Positions 20,061 to 31,255 of a DNA stretch of 64,000 nt are shown in pieces. The notes under the pieces were generated by a model. It made no database searches, had not been told where the DNA came from, and worked only from the letters and a program-made list of their open reading frames with translations. The position numbers and the translations under genes are program-made. Numbering within the stretch: position 1 is the stretch's first letter; the number at the start of each line of letters is the position of its first letter. The stretch lies in contig CAWGEZ010000033.1 in assembly GCA_963821605.1 (NCBI GenBank), forward strand, positions 9,645 through 73,644, given 5' to 3'. The stretch is from an uncultured delta proteobacterium. Lineage in GTDB: Bacteria; Desulfobacterota; Syntrophorhabdia; Syntrophorhabdales; WCHB1-27.

Positions 20061-21353
20061 CTACCGGCGTGACAGCCCAAGGCCTTGCCGGTCTTCCCGC
20101 AGGGCCATCGTCTGATCCAAGGCGTCGAGAATCGAGCGCTCCACCACCAGGTCCAAATGTTGGAGATACCGCTGCACCACCGTCTTGTGCTCGGCCTCTG
20201 TCACCGAATCCGCCAAACTCAGAAGGGCAGAGCGCAGCCGGCGCATCACCTGAACCGACCCGGCGCCATATTGGCGAATCTCATCGAACGCCAGCGTGAG
20301 GTAATCCTCCCAGGTGGGCGTCGGGAAGACGAGACGGCAGACGCCCCGTTCATCCGTAACGCAGCCGGCGTCGAGCGCCCGCCGGCCAAGTCGGACCAGC
20401 AAGTCCTCGATCTGGTCGATAGTTTGAACCGCTGTGGTCGGATCGTTGATGGCCGGGGAGAGCGCCCGGATGGCGATGTCCACCAACAGGCGCAGGGGAT
20501 ATTTGGGATCCTGCTCGAAGCTGCGTTCCCGGGCTAGCCGAATCGCCTTCAGGAGCTGGGTCTCGGCCAGCGGTTGCCTGCCGCCGTGGACGCGCAACAG
20601 CAGGGCACCATCGGCCAGGGTGTCGCCGACGGCGCACTCCATCACGATCACTGCGTCAGCTTCCTCAGCCTGCCGGACCAGAGCGTCGACCTGGAAGCGC
20701 GCGACGGTCGAGGGATCGCCCGAGTAGCGCAGCGTCTGAGTGATCGGGCGCTGGCGAGCCTCCTCGGCCGCTTTTCTCCACGACTCCGGCGCTGCGCCTC
20801 CTGCCGCATCCAGTCGCGGGAACATCGCCCGAATGACCTCGCGTCCTCTCTGACCGATCAAATGCAACACGTTGGTGATCTGAAGATCTTTTAGCCGCTG
20901 CACCAGCCGGGCAAAAGCGATCATGCTAACAATCAGCAAGACCACGACCAGCATGACCGAGAACAGGGGTACCTTGCCGCTTCCGTCGCGATCGATCCAG
21001 CAAAGGGTCGCGATCGAATAAAGAAAGGTGGCGATGAAAAGGCCCATAGCGTGAAATAGCATCGGGTCGCGGCTCAGCCAAATGACCAGGCGAGGAGAAT
21101 AAGCCACGGCGCTGAATTGCACCATGACGAAGGCGATGGCGAACACGATGCCGGTCAGCGCCAACATGCCCGAGGCGATGGCGGACAGGGCTGCCTGGGC
21201 CGAAGCGACCGATATACTGTGAGTGAAGGCTCCGAGGAATTGATGCTCAAGTCGCGGCAAAACTAATGCGCATACGACGGTCACTCCCACATACAGCAGC
21301 GGAATCAGCCAAGGCGGTATCGACAAATTATGGGTCTGCGAGAATTTCGGCAC
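20061..21353 (-). CDS. DUF2254 family membrane protein
   Basis: 430-aa ORF with four N-terminal TM helices and a soluble region carrying ERSFEQDPKYPLRLLVDIAIRALSPAINDPTTA, which I recognise as DUF2254-like. Confidence 0.65.
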   Translation of the reverse strand: MPKFSQTHNLSIPPWLIPLLYVGVTVVCALVLPRLEHQFLGAFTHSISVASAQAALSAIASGMLALTGIVFAIAFVMVQFSAVAYSPRLVIWLSRDPMLFHAMGLFIATFLYSIATLCWIDRDGSGKVPLFSVMLVVVLLIVSMIAFARLVQRLKDLQITNVLHLIGQRGREVIRAMFPRLDAAGGAAPESWRKAAEEARQRPITQTLRYSGDPSTVARFQVDALVRQAEEADAVIVMECAVGDTLADGALLLRVHGGRQPLAETQLLKAIRLARERSFEQDPKYPLRLLVDIAIRALSPAINDPTTAVQTIDQIEDLLVRLGRRALDAGCVTDERGVCRLVFPTPTWEDYLTLAFDEIRQYGAGSVQVMRRLRSALLSLADSVTEAEHKTVVQRYLQHLDLVVERSILDALDQTMALREDRQGLGLSRR

Positions 21354-21541
21354 GGGTAACCCTCCTTACCATCCGGGACAACGACGCTGGTAATAGGTGT
21401 GTAGTTCTGCCACCGGTTATCATTAAACCCACGTATTGATTTTATAGATGACCGGATGCTGTGGCCAGCGAGCCATTGGTTTCTTCCGTTTATCCTATTC
21501 ATTCCCGGTCCGCGACTCGTCCATGAATTTCCTGATTCTCT

Positions 21542-22135
21542 CTACCCAGAACTTAAAGGCCTCCTTGGCTGATCCTCAGACGGGGAAAACCTTTCCGTGA
21601 ATCCGGCCGTCTGCTCGTTTTTGGCGACGGCGATGACCTCACGGTCATAGGCGACGAGCGACCCTCGGGCGACTCTGCGCTGGTTGCCCCGGACACTGGT
21701 CTCGACGAACCCCGTAGCGTTCCTGTCTTCAGGGCCGGGGTTGCGCGGAATGTCGGCAGGATATTCACAGAACTGATTTCCGAATGCCGATGCCGCCCTC
21801 ACCCACGACCTCCAATGCGGCTTGGATTGTGCCACGATCGGTCAATGGTCGAACGACGGGTACGTTGGATTCGTAAGGAATGTAGAACCAGAACATTTTT
21901 TCCGGTCAGTTGCCACTTGAGGCCGGGACGTGACGCATGGGTTGGGAACGCTGAGAACAGTTCACCGAGGCTGGCATGAACATCGATACCAGAAGACCGC
22001 GAATCGCTACAACCAAGTATCGTCACGTAGGATGCGGTCCATTGGCAGCCGGTCAGGGTCTATGTGGCAAGCCAGGCAAATGCTCTCCTCTCTTCAGGAA
22101 TCGTTGATGCGCATCTTGAGGCGCTGAACGTTCTA
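21542..22135 (-). pseudogene. probable beta-class carbonic anhydrase, heavily frame-shifted
   Basis: Reverse-strand fragments in different frames: ..DAHQRFLKRG.., ..AANGPHP.., YVTILGCSDSR(12 aa)GELF.., ..LVAYDREVIAV... The CxDSR..G[DE]LF spacing matches beta-CA. The rest is too broken to confirm. Confidence 0.35.
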
Positions 22136-22408
22136 TCAAAGACTTTCGCGATTTGTCTAATCAATGGTGACGATCTTGCACGATGTCAGAAAAGGCACCA
22201 TTAGCCTAACCATTTCCCTCTGAAGCGTGTGTATTGAATGCAGTAGTTTCAAAAATCACGATTACAGTAACAAACGAAATTCAGCATCACGGATTCTGGA
22301 AAATCTTTACAGGACAAAAATGGTCGCTTTCACCTGCTATGTAGATTGTTCAACCCCCTGAAGTGGCTGCTGCTGCAGCGCACTTGTTAGGCAAGGACTT
22401 CAAAATCA

Positions 22409-22789
22409 TCACATGAATCCCTTGATATATCTTAGGACGTCATCTGGCACCGGGAAAGCGATACCCTCTTGCGCTGCCTGCTTAACTATATCGTGCCAGC
22501 TTCCACCGAAGGTCTTCGCAACTCGCTCTGTCACCTTCGCACTATTCGCAATCTCAGCCAAGCGGGAAATACCGACGTCCTCGACTAAACGAACGATGGC
22601 GTCGTGCAGCGTGGCGAGCGTCGCAGGGTCATTGGTAGTCCACTTGATAAACGTACCCAGACGCTTCAGGTCAGTCGCACTGTGCGGTGTGACGCTCGTG
22701 TGTGGCATGGGAACAAAAACCATCCATTGAGTCGTGAGGATGTGAACTTGTCCTTCGCTCGTGTCGAGTGTTTTGAAATACCTGCTCAT
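22409..22789 (-). CDS. hypothetical protein (orphan)
   Basis: ORF 22409-22876, with a probable start at MSRYFKTLDTSEGQ. I recognise no family. It lies in a lower-GC patch. Confidence 0.35.
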   Translation of the reverse strand: MSRYFKTLDTSEGQVHILTTQWMVFVPMPHTSVTPHSATDLKRLGTFIKWTTNDPATLATLHDAIVRLVEDVGISRLAEIANSAKVTERVAKTFGGSWHDIVKQAAQEGIAFPVPDDVLRYIKGFM

Positions 22790-22835
22790 GGCGAGACAAT
22801 CGATGGTGCCCATCGAAAAAACAACAAATATAGCA

Positions 22836-23250
22836 TCATGGCTCCGACCGCAACGCAGAGCCCAAAGAAAAGCCACATGAAGGACTGACTTGTCTTTTCT
22901 GTTCCCGTTTGTTTCTTTGCGATATGATGTAAATTGAAGCTATTGCTAGTACGAGCGGGATTGGAAACATTCCGAGTATGAAAAAAAGGATCTTATCGCT
23001 TGTTTCAAGAGGCGCAGCATTTCGAGTGGTAAGTGCTTCAGCAGTTTCTTCTTGAGTTTGTGCGGTTTCCTCTTCGGGCCCTTGCAAGGATTTCTTCATA
23101 GGCCGTTTGAGAAGTTATCCCCCCCGACAGCAGTTCCCTCTTCGCTAGCTCGATAGCCTCCGTTTCATAATCAGCTTCGTCGACGAAGGCAGTCCAGCAC
23201 CCTCCGCATGGTCCCCGCCGTTCCGCGTCCGACGATTCCTCCGTTAACAT
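22836..23250 (-). CDS. hypothetical small membrane protein, apparently frame-shifted
   Basis: ORF 23038-23250 (MLTEESSDAERRGPCGGCW..) continues in ORF 22836-23099 (..ILFFILGMFPIPLVLAIASIYII TM helix). A second TM-like FMWLFFGLCVAVGAMMLYLLFF is in a third frame. A G7 homopolymer lies at about 23125. Confidence 0.3.
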
Positions 23251-23337
23251 TAATCAGTTGACCTTTCCCTTGTCAAAGGTTCTTACGTTGTTCGGTGAAT
23301 CAAAGTTCTTTACTTCGATACCTTTCATACCTCTCCC

Positions 23338-24435
<1,098 letters not shown>

Positions 24436-24483
24436 TCAGTCCACATTACCTAATATAATTCGGATTCTCTTGTGGACAAGGAG

Positions 24484-25801
24484 TCATGGCTGAAGCCGTG
24501 ATTCCTGTGGCTGTCTATCGGTACCTTCTCGTTCTGTCTTGCAGTGATCAACGATAAGCTGCGAACCCCGCCGTGTCGTCGCATAGGTCCACGCCCATTG
24601 GAGGAACACACTTACCTTCAGGTACGACTCGGCGAGAGACAGGAAATGCACGGCCACCCATACGACCCACGCCAGGAAGCCGGCAAGTCGAATCCTGCCG
24701 CTCTCCAGGACGGCGAAGCCCTTGCCGACCACCGCCATATTACCTTTGTCAAAGTAGTGAAAGGGAGCCGGTGTTGACAGACCCGGTGATACGAGCGTGA
24801 AGCAGCTTTCCCGCGTAGTGTCCCTGCTGAATCGCCACCTGCGCCACGCCGGGCAGCGGTTTGCCGTCGCGATCGAGTGACGCGGTATCGCCTACTACAA
24901 AGATCTCAGGATGGCCGGGCACTGACAGGTCTTTTTGTACTCTCACCCGGCCGGCGCGGTCCGTCTCCGCGTTCAACCACTTGCCAGCAGGTGAGGCCGT
25001 CACCCCTGCCGTCCAGATCACTGCCCTGCTTGAAATACGTTCCCCTGCTATGATGACGCCCTCTTCATCGATCAGGTCCACCCCCTTTCCCAACCGCACC
25101 TCCACGCCCAGTTCCTCGAGCCTTTGCTTTGCGGCCATGGAGAGCTTTTCCGAAAACGTGCCCAACACGCGACTGGCCATATCCACCAGAATAATGCGCG
25201 CCGACGTGGAACGAATCCTCCGAAATTCGGATTGCAGGGTGGTCCGGACGAGCCACGCAAGTGCGCTCGCCATTTCCACGCCGGTGGGACCCGCGCCGAC
25301 CAGTACAAAGGTCAGCAGGTCCCGGTGGCGGTCCGGATCTTCTTCGGCTTCCGCCCGCTCGAATGCTCCCATGATCTTGTTCCGGATCGCCACGGCATCC
25401 GCGAGGGTTGTCAGTCCCGGAGCGTACCTCTCGAATTCGTTGTGCCCGAAGTAGCTGTGACCCGCCCCTGTGGCAAGAATCAAATAATCGTACGCGATCG
25501 GCACGCCCTCGCGGTCCGCGTTGCTGGCGAAGACGCACTTTCGATCTTGGTCCACTCCTGTGACGTCACCCATGATCACTGTAGTGTTCTTCTGATTCCG
25601 AAGAATCCCGCGAATCGGCGAGGCAATCTGCCCTGGCGTGAGGACCCCGGTGGCTACCTGATAGAGCAACGCCTGAAACAGGTGGTGGTTTGCGTGGTCG
25701 ATCAAGATAATCTGAGCAGGCGTCTTCCTGAGAGCCTTAGCGGCGGCCAGGCCGCCAAAGCCTCCGCCAACGATTACGACACGGGGTGTTCGATCAGTCA
25801 T
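24484..25801 (-). CDS. ndh: type II NADH dehydrogenase (NDH-2) (1 frame change near 24745)
   Basis: Start MTDRTPRVVIVGGGFGGLAAA at 25801, with a second dinucleotide fold FVLVGAGPTGVE. The C-terminal membrane-anchor part MAVVGKGFAVLESGRIRLAGFLAWVVW is in ORF 24484-24738. Confidence 0.85.
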
Positions 25802-25961
25802 ACCCTGATCCGAATGGGTACATTTTCCATCGAGGTGTCTCCACCTTGCGGTTCGGATAGGAACCGAGGCTCGTGGGACATGAGAATTGGAAATAGCAGT
25901 GCACGAGAGCGAAACGATTTCAGCCGGTTTGTTGGTCTCCTCTTCTTGTCCATGTATCAAT

Positions 25962-26189
25962 ATAAGACACATGAGCAGAAGCGGCAACTGCTATGACAAC
26001 GCTTACCTAGAGTCCTTCTTCGGCACGCTCAAGACAGAGCTGGTCCATGGCGAGCGGTACCGTACGAGGCTGGAGGCGCGGCTCAGTATTTTCGAATACG
26101 TAGAAGTGTTCTATAATCGTCAGAGGCGGCATTCGGCATTAGGGTACAGGAGCCCAGAACAGTATGAAAGGCTCCTCAATGAAACTTAA
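25962..26189 (+). mobile_element. IS3-family transposase (OrfB/rve) C-terminal remnant
   Basis: ..[67 protein letters not shown] is the conserved IS3 integrase-core tail. No N-terminal part or OrfA lies upstream, where the ndh promoter region begins. Confidence 0.8.
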
Positions 26190-26405
26190 CTATGTGTCCA
26201 CTTTTTCGGGGAAAGGTCAGAGTGAAATTCTTGCGAAAAAGGCAGAGCCATTTCAAGCTCAGCCTTTTATGGTCGTCTCCATCTGCAAAGAATCATTTGG
26301 AAGGTAAGGTACAGGCGGTTGATCCCACGACTATGCGTGAAGAAAAGACGCTTGCTTTGAGAGGAACAGGCGTCGTCTCCCTGTGAGACATAAACGCGAC
26401 GCACC

Positions 26406-26936
26406 TCACTTTGGCGGGAATTTCGAAAGAATTCCTTGTACGGCCTTGCTTAGGTCACCCGACGCCCCATCTGTGCTGATGGTACCAAATGCTGTGCCCC
26501 GCCATACCAACTCTCTTTTCTCAACATTGTTTTCCTTCTGCATGGACATTTTGGGCGTGTCGGAAGGAGAAGGCATATCACGTTTGATTTGGTAGATGTT
26601 CAAGGTCAGCATCCGAAGCTGATAGTTGTCCTGGTAAAAGCCGCTCTCGAATTCGTAGTTCATCGATACCATCAGACCAGACTTCTCGGACATCCTGGTC
26701 AAACCTTTCTGCGCCAGAATTTGATCCGCAAGAACCTGAACATTTGCTTCAAGCAGGGGGTCTTTCACATACATGCCCAGTGACGGTGCCCACGTATAAC
26801 TCTTTGGTTCCGAGAAGCTAGTCTTCATGTCATAGGAATATTTGATAGTTGTGCAGCCCCCCAGAATCAGAACCGACAGAAAGACTGTCACTGCCAGTAC
26901 TAAGCTTTTGTTTCCTTTACATACGGTCATCATCAT
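26406..26936 (-). CDS. DUF4136-like lipoprotein
   Basis: 176-aa ORF with the signal and lipobox VFLSVLILGGC, and a DUF4136-like pattern (..SYTWAP.., ..ELVWRGTAFG..). Confidence 0.6.
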   Translation of the reverse strand: MMMTVCKGNKSLVLAVTVFLSVLILGGCTTIKYSYDMKTSFSEPKSYTWAPSLGMYVKDPLLEANVQVLADQILAQKGLTRMSEKSGLMVSMNYEFESGFYQDNYQLRMLTLNIYQIKRDMPSPSDTPKMSMQKENNVEKRELVWRGTAFGTISTDGASGDLSKAVQGILSKFPPK

Positions 26937-27283
26937 GCCCCCTTGCTGAAGATGATATGACGATAAGATATCTTGTCACTTACGGGTATTGTATAGCAGC
27001 TTCTACACGACGTCAAGGTTGTCCGTCAGCAGGGCTCTGACCAATATTGCGGTGTAAAATCATGCGTATTTTCTGGATTGATCCGTGTGTGGATTTCAGG
27101 AAGCACTAAATGAGACGACGTGATCTATCGAAGTCACCTACGAAGAAACTGGCGAAGAAAGTTTTTTGAGTAAAAAATTACCACTGAAATCCGCGCAAGG
27201 GCAGAGCCGCTTCTGACTCTACCCTTGCCAGACGTGCCACCGCAAACTGCGGAGTCACTCCTGTGTGTCGAAAAGCTTCTTCT

Positions 27284-27898
27284 CTAGGGTCTTTCCACCT
27301 TAATCGCGAAAGCCTCAGTCACACGTAACACCACTTCGTCACCCACCTTCACTTCGTTCAATCTCTTCACACGCTTATCCACCGGGTACGTATTGACGTT
27401 GCCCTCAGGCCCTTTAAGGGTAACCGTCCGCTTCTTGTAATCAATGCCTTCCACCGTGGCCGTTATCTCGGTCGTCTTTGTCAGTGTGGCATGAGGCATG
27501 TCTCCCTTCGGCGCTACTTTGACCGTCTGTACCTCTGCAGCAGCAGGTTTCTCAGTCGCCTTTCTCACCCAGATGGCTACCGACTGAGCGTAGGTAGTCT
27601 TTACCAGGTCCCCTACCTTCATCTGGTCGAAGTTCCTTACCTCCGGCCCGCAGGTGATGGTCTGCATTGTGCCATCAGGGTATTTGAGGGTCACTTTGCG
27701 CGTCGCAGCGTCAATCGCGTCTATGGTGGCTGTTACTGTGGCCGTCCCTGCCACAACCGCTCCCGGCCTACCTGCGGCCTCCTTCGGCGCTGCCTTCGTC
27801 TCCTTGCTTACTGTAGCCGCGTGCTCCTGCGCTGCCGCAACCTGCGCAAAGGCGACCATGAGCATCACTGCCAGAACCACTGATAGTACTCTTTTCAT
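27284..27898 (-). CDS. secreted hypothetical protein with two tandem homologous ~60-aa domains
   Basis: Signal MKRVLSVVLAVMLMVAFAQVAAA. Domain 1 is TVTATIDAIDAATRKVTLKYPDGT..KVGDLVKTTYAQSVAIWVRK and domain 2 is EITATVEGIDYKKRTVTLKGPEGN..KVGDEVVLRVTEAFAIKVER. Confidence 0.5.
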   Translation of the reverse strand: MKRVLSVVLAVMLMVAFAQVAAAQEHAATVSKETKAAPKEAAGRPGAVVAGTATVTATIDAIDAATRKVTLKYPDGTMQTITCGPEVRNFDQMKVGDLVKTTYAQSVAIWVRKATEKPAAAEVQTVKVAPKGDMPHATLTKTTEITATVEGIDYKKRTVTLKGPEGNVNTYPVDKRVKRLNEVKVGDEVVLRVTEAFAIKVERP

Positions 27899-28216
27899 AT
27901 GCTACCCCCTCCTGATTTGGATTCAATGGCCTTTATGGATGTTACACCTGTTCCATGCGAAACCTATGTATCAGGCCATTCATTGTCAAGCGAGAAGCGG
28001 GGACCTTTCAAGATTTCTTTTCAAGGACAGCTAGAGACCCGAGCCGATTAGACCCTGCACCGAGAGTAATGCAACATTGCCAGTTCTACTCATGCATGAA
28101 TTGCAACTATCGCGATATACATGTTTCAGGAAGAAGTTAGGAGATGACCTTGCACAGTCCGATAGGTCAAATCCCAACTCTTACAGATAAGAATAAAGAT
28201 AGAGCCTATTTGTTTT

Positions 28217-28248
28217 CCTTAACCTTAACCTGTATTATCTCTTACCTG
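28217..28248. repeat. 'ccttaacc..ttacctgtatta' family repeat after dctP-1
   Basis: ccttaaccttaacctgtattatctcttacctg; compare 39211-39256. Confidence 0.5.
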
Positions 28249-28254
28249 CATTTA

Positions 28255-29319
28255 TCAGTACGGCGATGCTATCTTCAGCTCCTTCTCCTTTTTCGTCCAG
28301 ACCGGAATACGCTCACTGATGAATTTTACGTAGCCTTCGAGATCTGCCCTTTTGTGTCCCTTTGCCTCCAACTCTTTGATATGTTTTTCGACGACCGGTT
28401 GAGCCGCGCTCACCCACCTCTTCGACTCCTCATCCGATAGCGGTATGAGTTGCCCGCCATTCTTTAGCAGGTATTCCCGGCCTTCGATATCGATGTCGTT
28501 GGACGCAACGCCATACTTGTCCTTCCACTGCGCGGCAACATCGGTGAATATTTTCTTCGTGTCTTCCGGCAGGGCGTTCCATTTGTTCTTGTTCATGACG
28601 ATGTAGAACGTATAAACCGTCCCGACTTTGTATGAAAGCGTTGCATACCTGATGATCTCTCCCACTTTCCAGCCTTTCTGTACCTCCATGGATGAGAGGA
28701 CGCCATCCACGACGCCCCTCTGCAGGCCGTCATACATGTCGGCCATTTCCACTCCCACCGGCGTTCCGCCAACGGCTTTCAAAATGTCTGCCGGTCTTCC
28801 CGTAGCCCTGATTTTCAGGCCCTTCAAGTCTTCGAGGGTTTTAACGGGCTTCTTCACGGTCGATATGATCTGCGGGCCGGTGGAGTAAAAGAGGAGCACA
28901 TGGGCCGCGTCCCACTCTTTCGCGTGAAACTGGTTGTAAAAATCGTTTGCTGTCTGGCCAGCCACGTAACCGCTCGGATAGCCCATGGGAAGGCTGAGTG
29001 TTTCGGTCACGGGAAACCGGCCCCTGGTGTACTCGCAGTGAGAAAGACCAAGGTCAGACACCCCGTTTACGACACCCTCAAACATTTTGGGCGCCGTGGT
29101 AAGTATCCCGCTGGGATAATAGGCGATCTCGACCTTCCCATTCGTACGCTTCTTAATCTCGTCGCAGAACTGCTGGCCCAGAATAGCGTACTGATGAGTC
29201 GCCGGGAAAAAGTTGCTGAACTTGAGCTTTACAGGTGCCTGCGCGAATACCCGTGTCGCCGGTAAGAGAGCGATGCCTAGTACCAGTGAGATTGCCAAAA
29301 GCAGACTGATCTTTTTCAT
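28255..29319 (-). CDS. dctP: TRAP transporter substrate-binding protein (DctP family), system 1
   Basis: Start MKKISLLLAISLVLG with a GAAGGGGGG ribosome-binding site. DctP-type periplasmic binding protein body. Confidence 0.85.
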   Translation of the reverse strand: MKKISLLLAISLVLGIALLPATRVFAQAPVKLKFSNFFPATHQYAILGQQFCDEIKKRTNGKVEIAYYPSGILTTAPKMFEGVVNGVSDLGLSHCEYTRGRFPVTETLSLPMGYPSGYVAGQTANDFYNQFHAKEWDAAHVLLFYSTGPQIISTVKKPVKTLEDLKGLKIRATGRPADILKAVGGTPVGVEMADMYDGLQRGVVDGVLSSMEVQKGWKVGEIIRYATLSYKVGTVYTFYIVMNKNKWNALPEDTKKIFTDVAAQWKDKYGVASNDIDIEGREYLLKNGGQLIPLSDEESKRWVSAAQPVVEKHIKELEAKGHKRADLEGYVKFISERIPVWTKKEKELKIASPY

Positions 29320-29448
29320 CAAAGTCCCCCCTTCGTTATTTGAGGTGCATAAAACCAACTTATAGTTAGCACGACCCACTCCGTGGGTACCCCGCGCGAG
29401 AACGGATCATGGTCGTATAGGTTCCGCATACGCTGACGGCTGTCTTCG

Positions 29449-30750
29449 TCACGGCATAAAATAGTTAGGAAGAAAGAGCGCGAGCTGCGGAAAGAGAAAA
29501 AGTAGCGCCCCGAACAGAATGATGCCGGCCAGGAACGGGTAAACACCGCTGTAGATCACGCTCATCGGCGTCTTGGTGATATTGGTGACGATGAAGACGT
29601 TGATTGCAACTGGCGGAATGACGACCCCGATCATTTGCGTCACGCCGATCATTATGCCAAACCATATGGGGTCGAAGCCAAGCTTAAGCACTGCGGGGAA
29701 GAAGATTGGCGTTGCAAGGATCATGAAAGCCAGATCATCGATGAAAGAGCCGCCCAAAATGTAGATCAGGCATATGATGACCAGGATAAGGTTCCGGTTG
29801 AGGGGCAGAGCGACCACCCAGTCGGCCATGATCTGAGGTATGTTGGTTATGGCAATGAAATGGCCCAGGATGGCCGATCCGCCAATCAGCATGAGCATCA
29901 TGCACGCGGTGCGCATGGAGTCGCTCATGGCTTTGACGTATCCCTTAAACTTGAGCTGTCTGCGCAGAACGACGAGCAGGGCCACAGCGGCGGTACCGAC
30001 GCTTCCAGCCTCCGTTGGGGTGAAAAAGCCCTTCATCAGCCCGACGATCATGAGAACGAATATGGCGAGCACGATTACTACCTCTGGCAGGCTCAGGAAT
30101 CGTTCCTTCCAGGTAGATCGCTCTCCCGCCGGCGCAAGGGCCGGATTCCTTCTTGCCCACACGTAGATGGTTGCCAGGAACGTGGCGGCAATAAAGAGCC
30201 CGGGGATAATGCCGGCAAGGAAAAGTTTGCCGATCGATTGTTCGGTGATGATGCCGAAAATGATTAGAAAGACGCTTGGGGGGATCATACAGCCGAGGGT
30301 TCCGACTGTGGCCACGATGCCCGTGGAGAGTTTCTTGCTGTAATTGTAGCGATCCATTTCGGGGATGGCCACGCTGGCAAACGTGGCTGCTGTGGCTGCA
30401 GCCGACCCGCAGAGTGCTTTGAACGCGGTTGCCCCTCCGACCGTCGCCATGGCCAAGCCTCCCGGTATGTGGCCGATGAACGTGTACGCAGAATCGTAGA
30501 GTCTCTTGGCGATGCCCGAGTTGAATGCAATCTGTCCCATCAGGATAAAGATGGGGAAGACCGTGTAGCCGTACGAGGCAAAGACTTCGTACAGGTCTTT
30601 TGCGACCAGGTGCATGGCTGCCTCAAACGAGACGAGGTAGGCGAACCCCAGAAAACCAACCAGTATCATGGAAAAGGCGAGTTCAATGCCCGTAAGAAAC
30701 AAGATGAGCACTGCGGCCAAACCGATGCATCCGGCGATGACTTCATTCAT
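29449..30750 (-). CDS. dctM: TRAP transporter large permease (DctM), system 1
   Basis: 433-aa polytopic ORF, paralogous to 35050-36351. Confidence 0.9.
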   Translation of the reverse strand: MNEVIAGCIGLAAVLILFLTGIELAFSMILVGFLGFAYLVSFEAAMHLVAKDLYEVFASYGYTVFPIFILMGQIAFNSGIAKRLYDSAYTFIGHIPGGLAMATVGGATAFKALCGSAAATAATFASVAIPEMDRYNYSKKLSTGIVATVGTLGCMIPPSVFLIIFGIITEQSIGKLFLAGIIPGLFIAATFLATIYVWARRNPALAPAGERSTWKERFLSLPEVVIVLAIFVLMIVGLMKGFFTPTEAGSVGTAAVALLVVLRRQLKFKGYVKAMSDSMRTACMMLMLIGGSAILGHFIAITNIPQIMADWVVALPLNRNLILVIICLIYILGGSFIDDLAFMILATPIFFPAVLKLGFDPIWFGIMIGVTQMIGVVIPPVAINVFIVTNITKTPMSVIYSGVYPFLAGIILFGALLFLFPQLALFLPNYFMP

Positions 30751-31255
30751 GGCCGCCTCCGAAGTTGCCTTCCACGACTTTCAAGATGTCGCAGAAGAGC
30801 ACCACCGAGAGGACGAAGAAGCAGAATCCCACGCCATAAGCGATAGGGTAAAGCGGTAACTGGAGCGTGAGGGAAACTTCGTCAACACTGTATAGATTTC
30901 TGCCTATCTTGAACACGTTCCAGCTTATCATCAGAAAGAGGGCTATACCCACACACCTGGTTGCGATGTCAAAAGCGCACTTAGCGCGGCGGGAGAGCCT
31001 CTCTATGACAAAATCCATAAAGATATGGCCCCTGACCCACGAGGTAAACGGTGTGACGAAGCCGATGACGACACCACCCGCCATAGCTACAATTTCGTAA
31101 ACGCCCAGTATCGGCATCCCGAGTGCTCTTAGCACCACATCGCAGACGGTGATCAGTATAATGAATGTCAGAGCGATGCCTGCGACCACGTTCATGCATT
31201 GGGTTATTCTGAAAACGGTGCGCAGAAACCCATTCATCGCATTCCTCCCGATCAC
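30743..31255 (-). CDS. dctQ: TRAP transporter small permease (DctQ), system 1
   Basis: 170-aa 4-TM ORF overlapping the dctM start by 8 nt. Confidence 0.8.
   Translation of the reverse strand: MIGRNAMNGFLRTVFRITQCMNVVAGIALTFIILITVCDVVLRALGMPILGVYEIVAMAGGVVIGFVTPFTSWVRGHIFMDFVIERLSRRAKCAFDIATRCVGIALFLMISWNVFKIGRNLYSVDEVSLTLQLPLYPIAYGVGFCFFVLSVVLFCDILKVVEGNFGGGHE

Noticed and set aside
19688-20080. 130-aa reverse ORF between MipA and DUF2254
   Set aside because: It overlaps the end of the DUF2254 gene, has Cys/Trp/Gly-rich composition, no ribosome-binding site and no recognisable motif. The region is better explained as a 3' UTR ending at the 19791-19861 terminator.
26192-26595. Small plus-strand ORFs after the IS3 remnant (26192-26386, 26383-26595)
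   Set aside because: They have no ribosome-binding site or family signal. The second overlaps the well-supported DUF4136 lipoprotein gene on the other strand.
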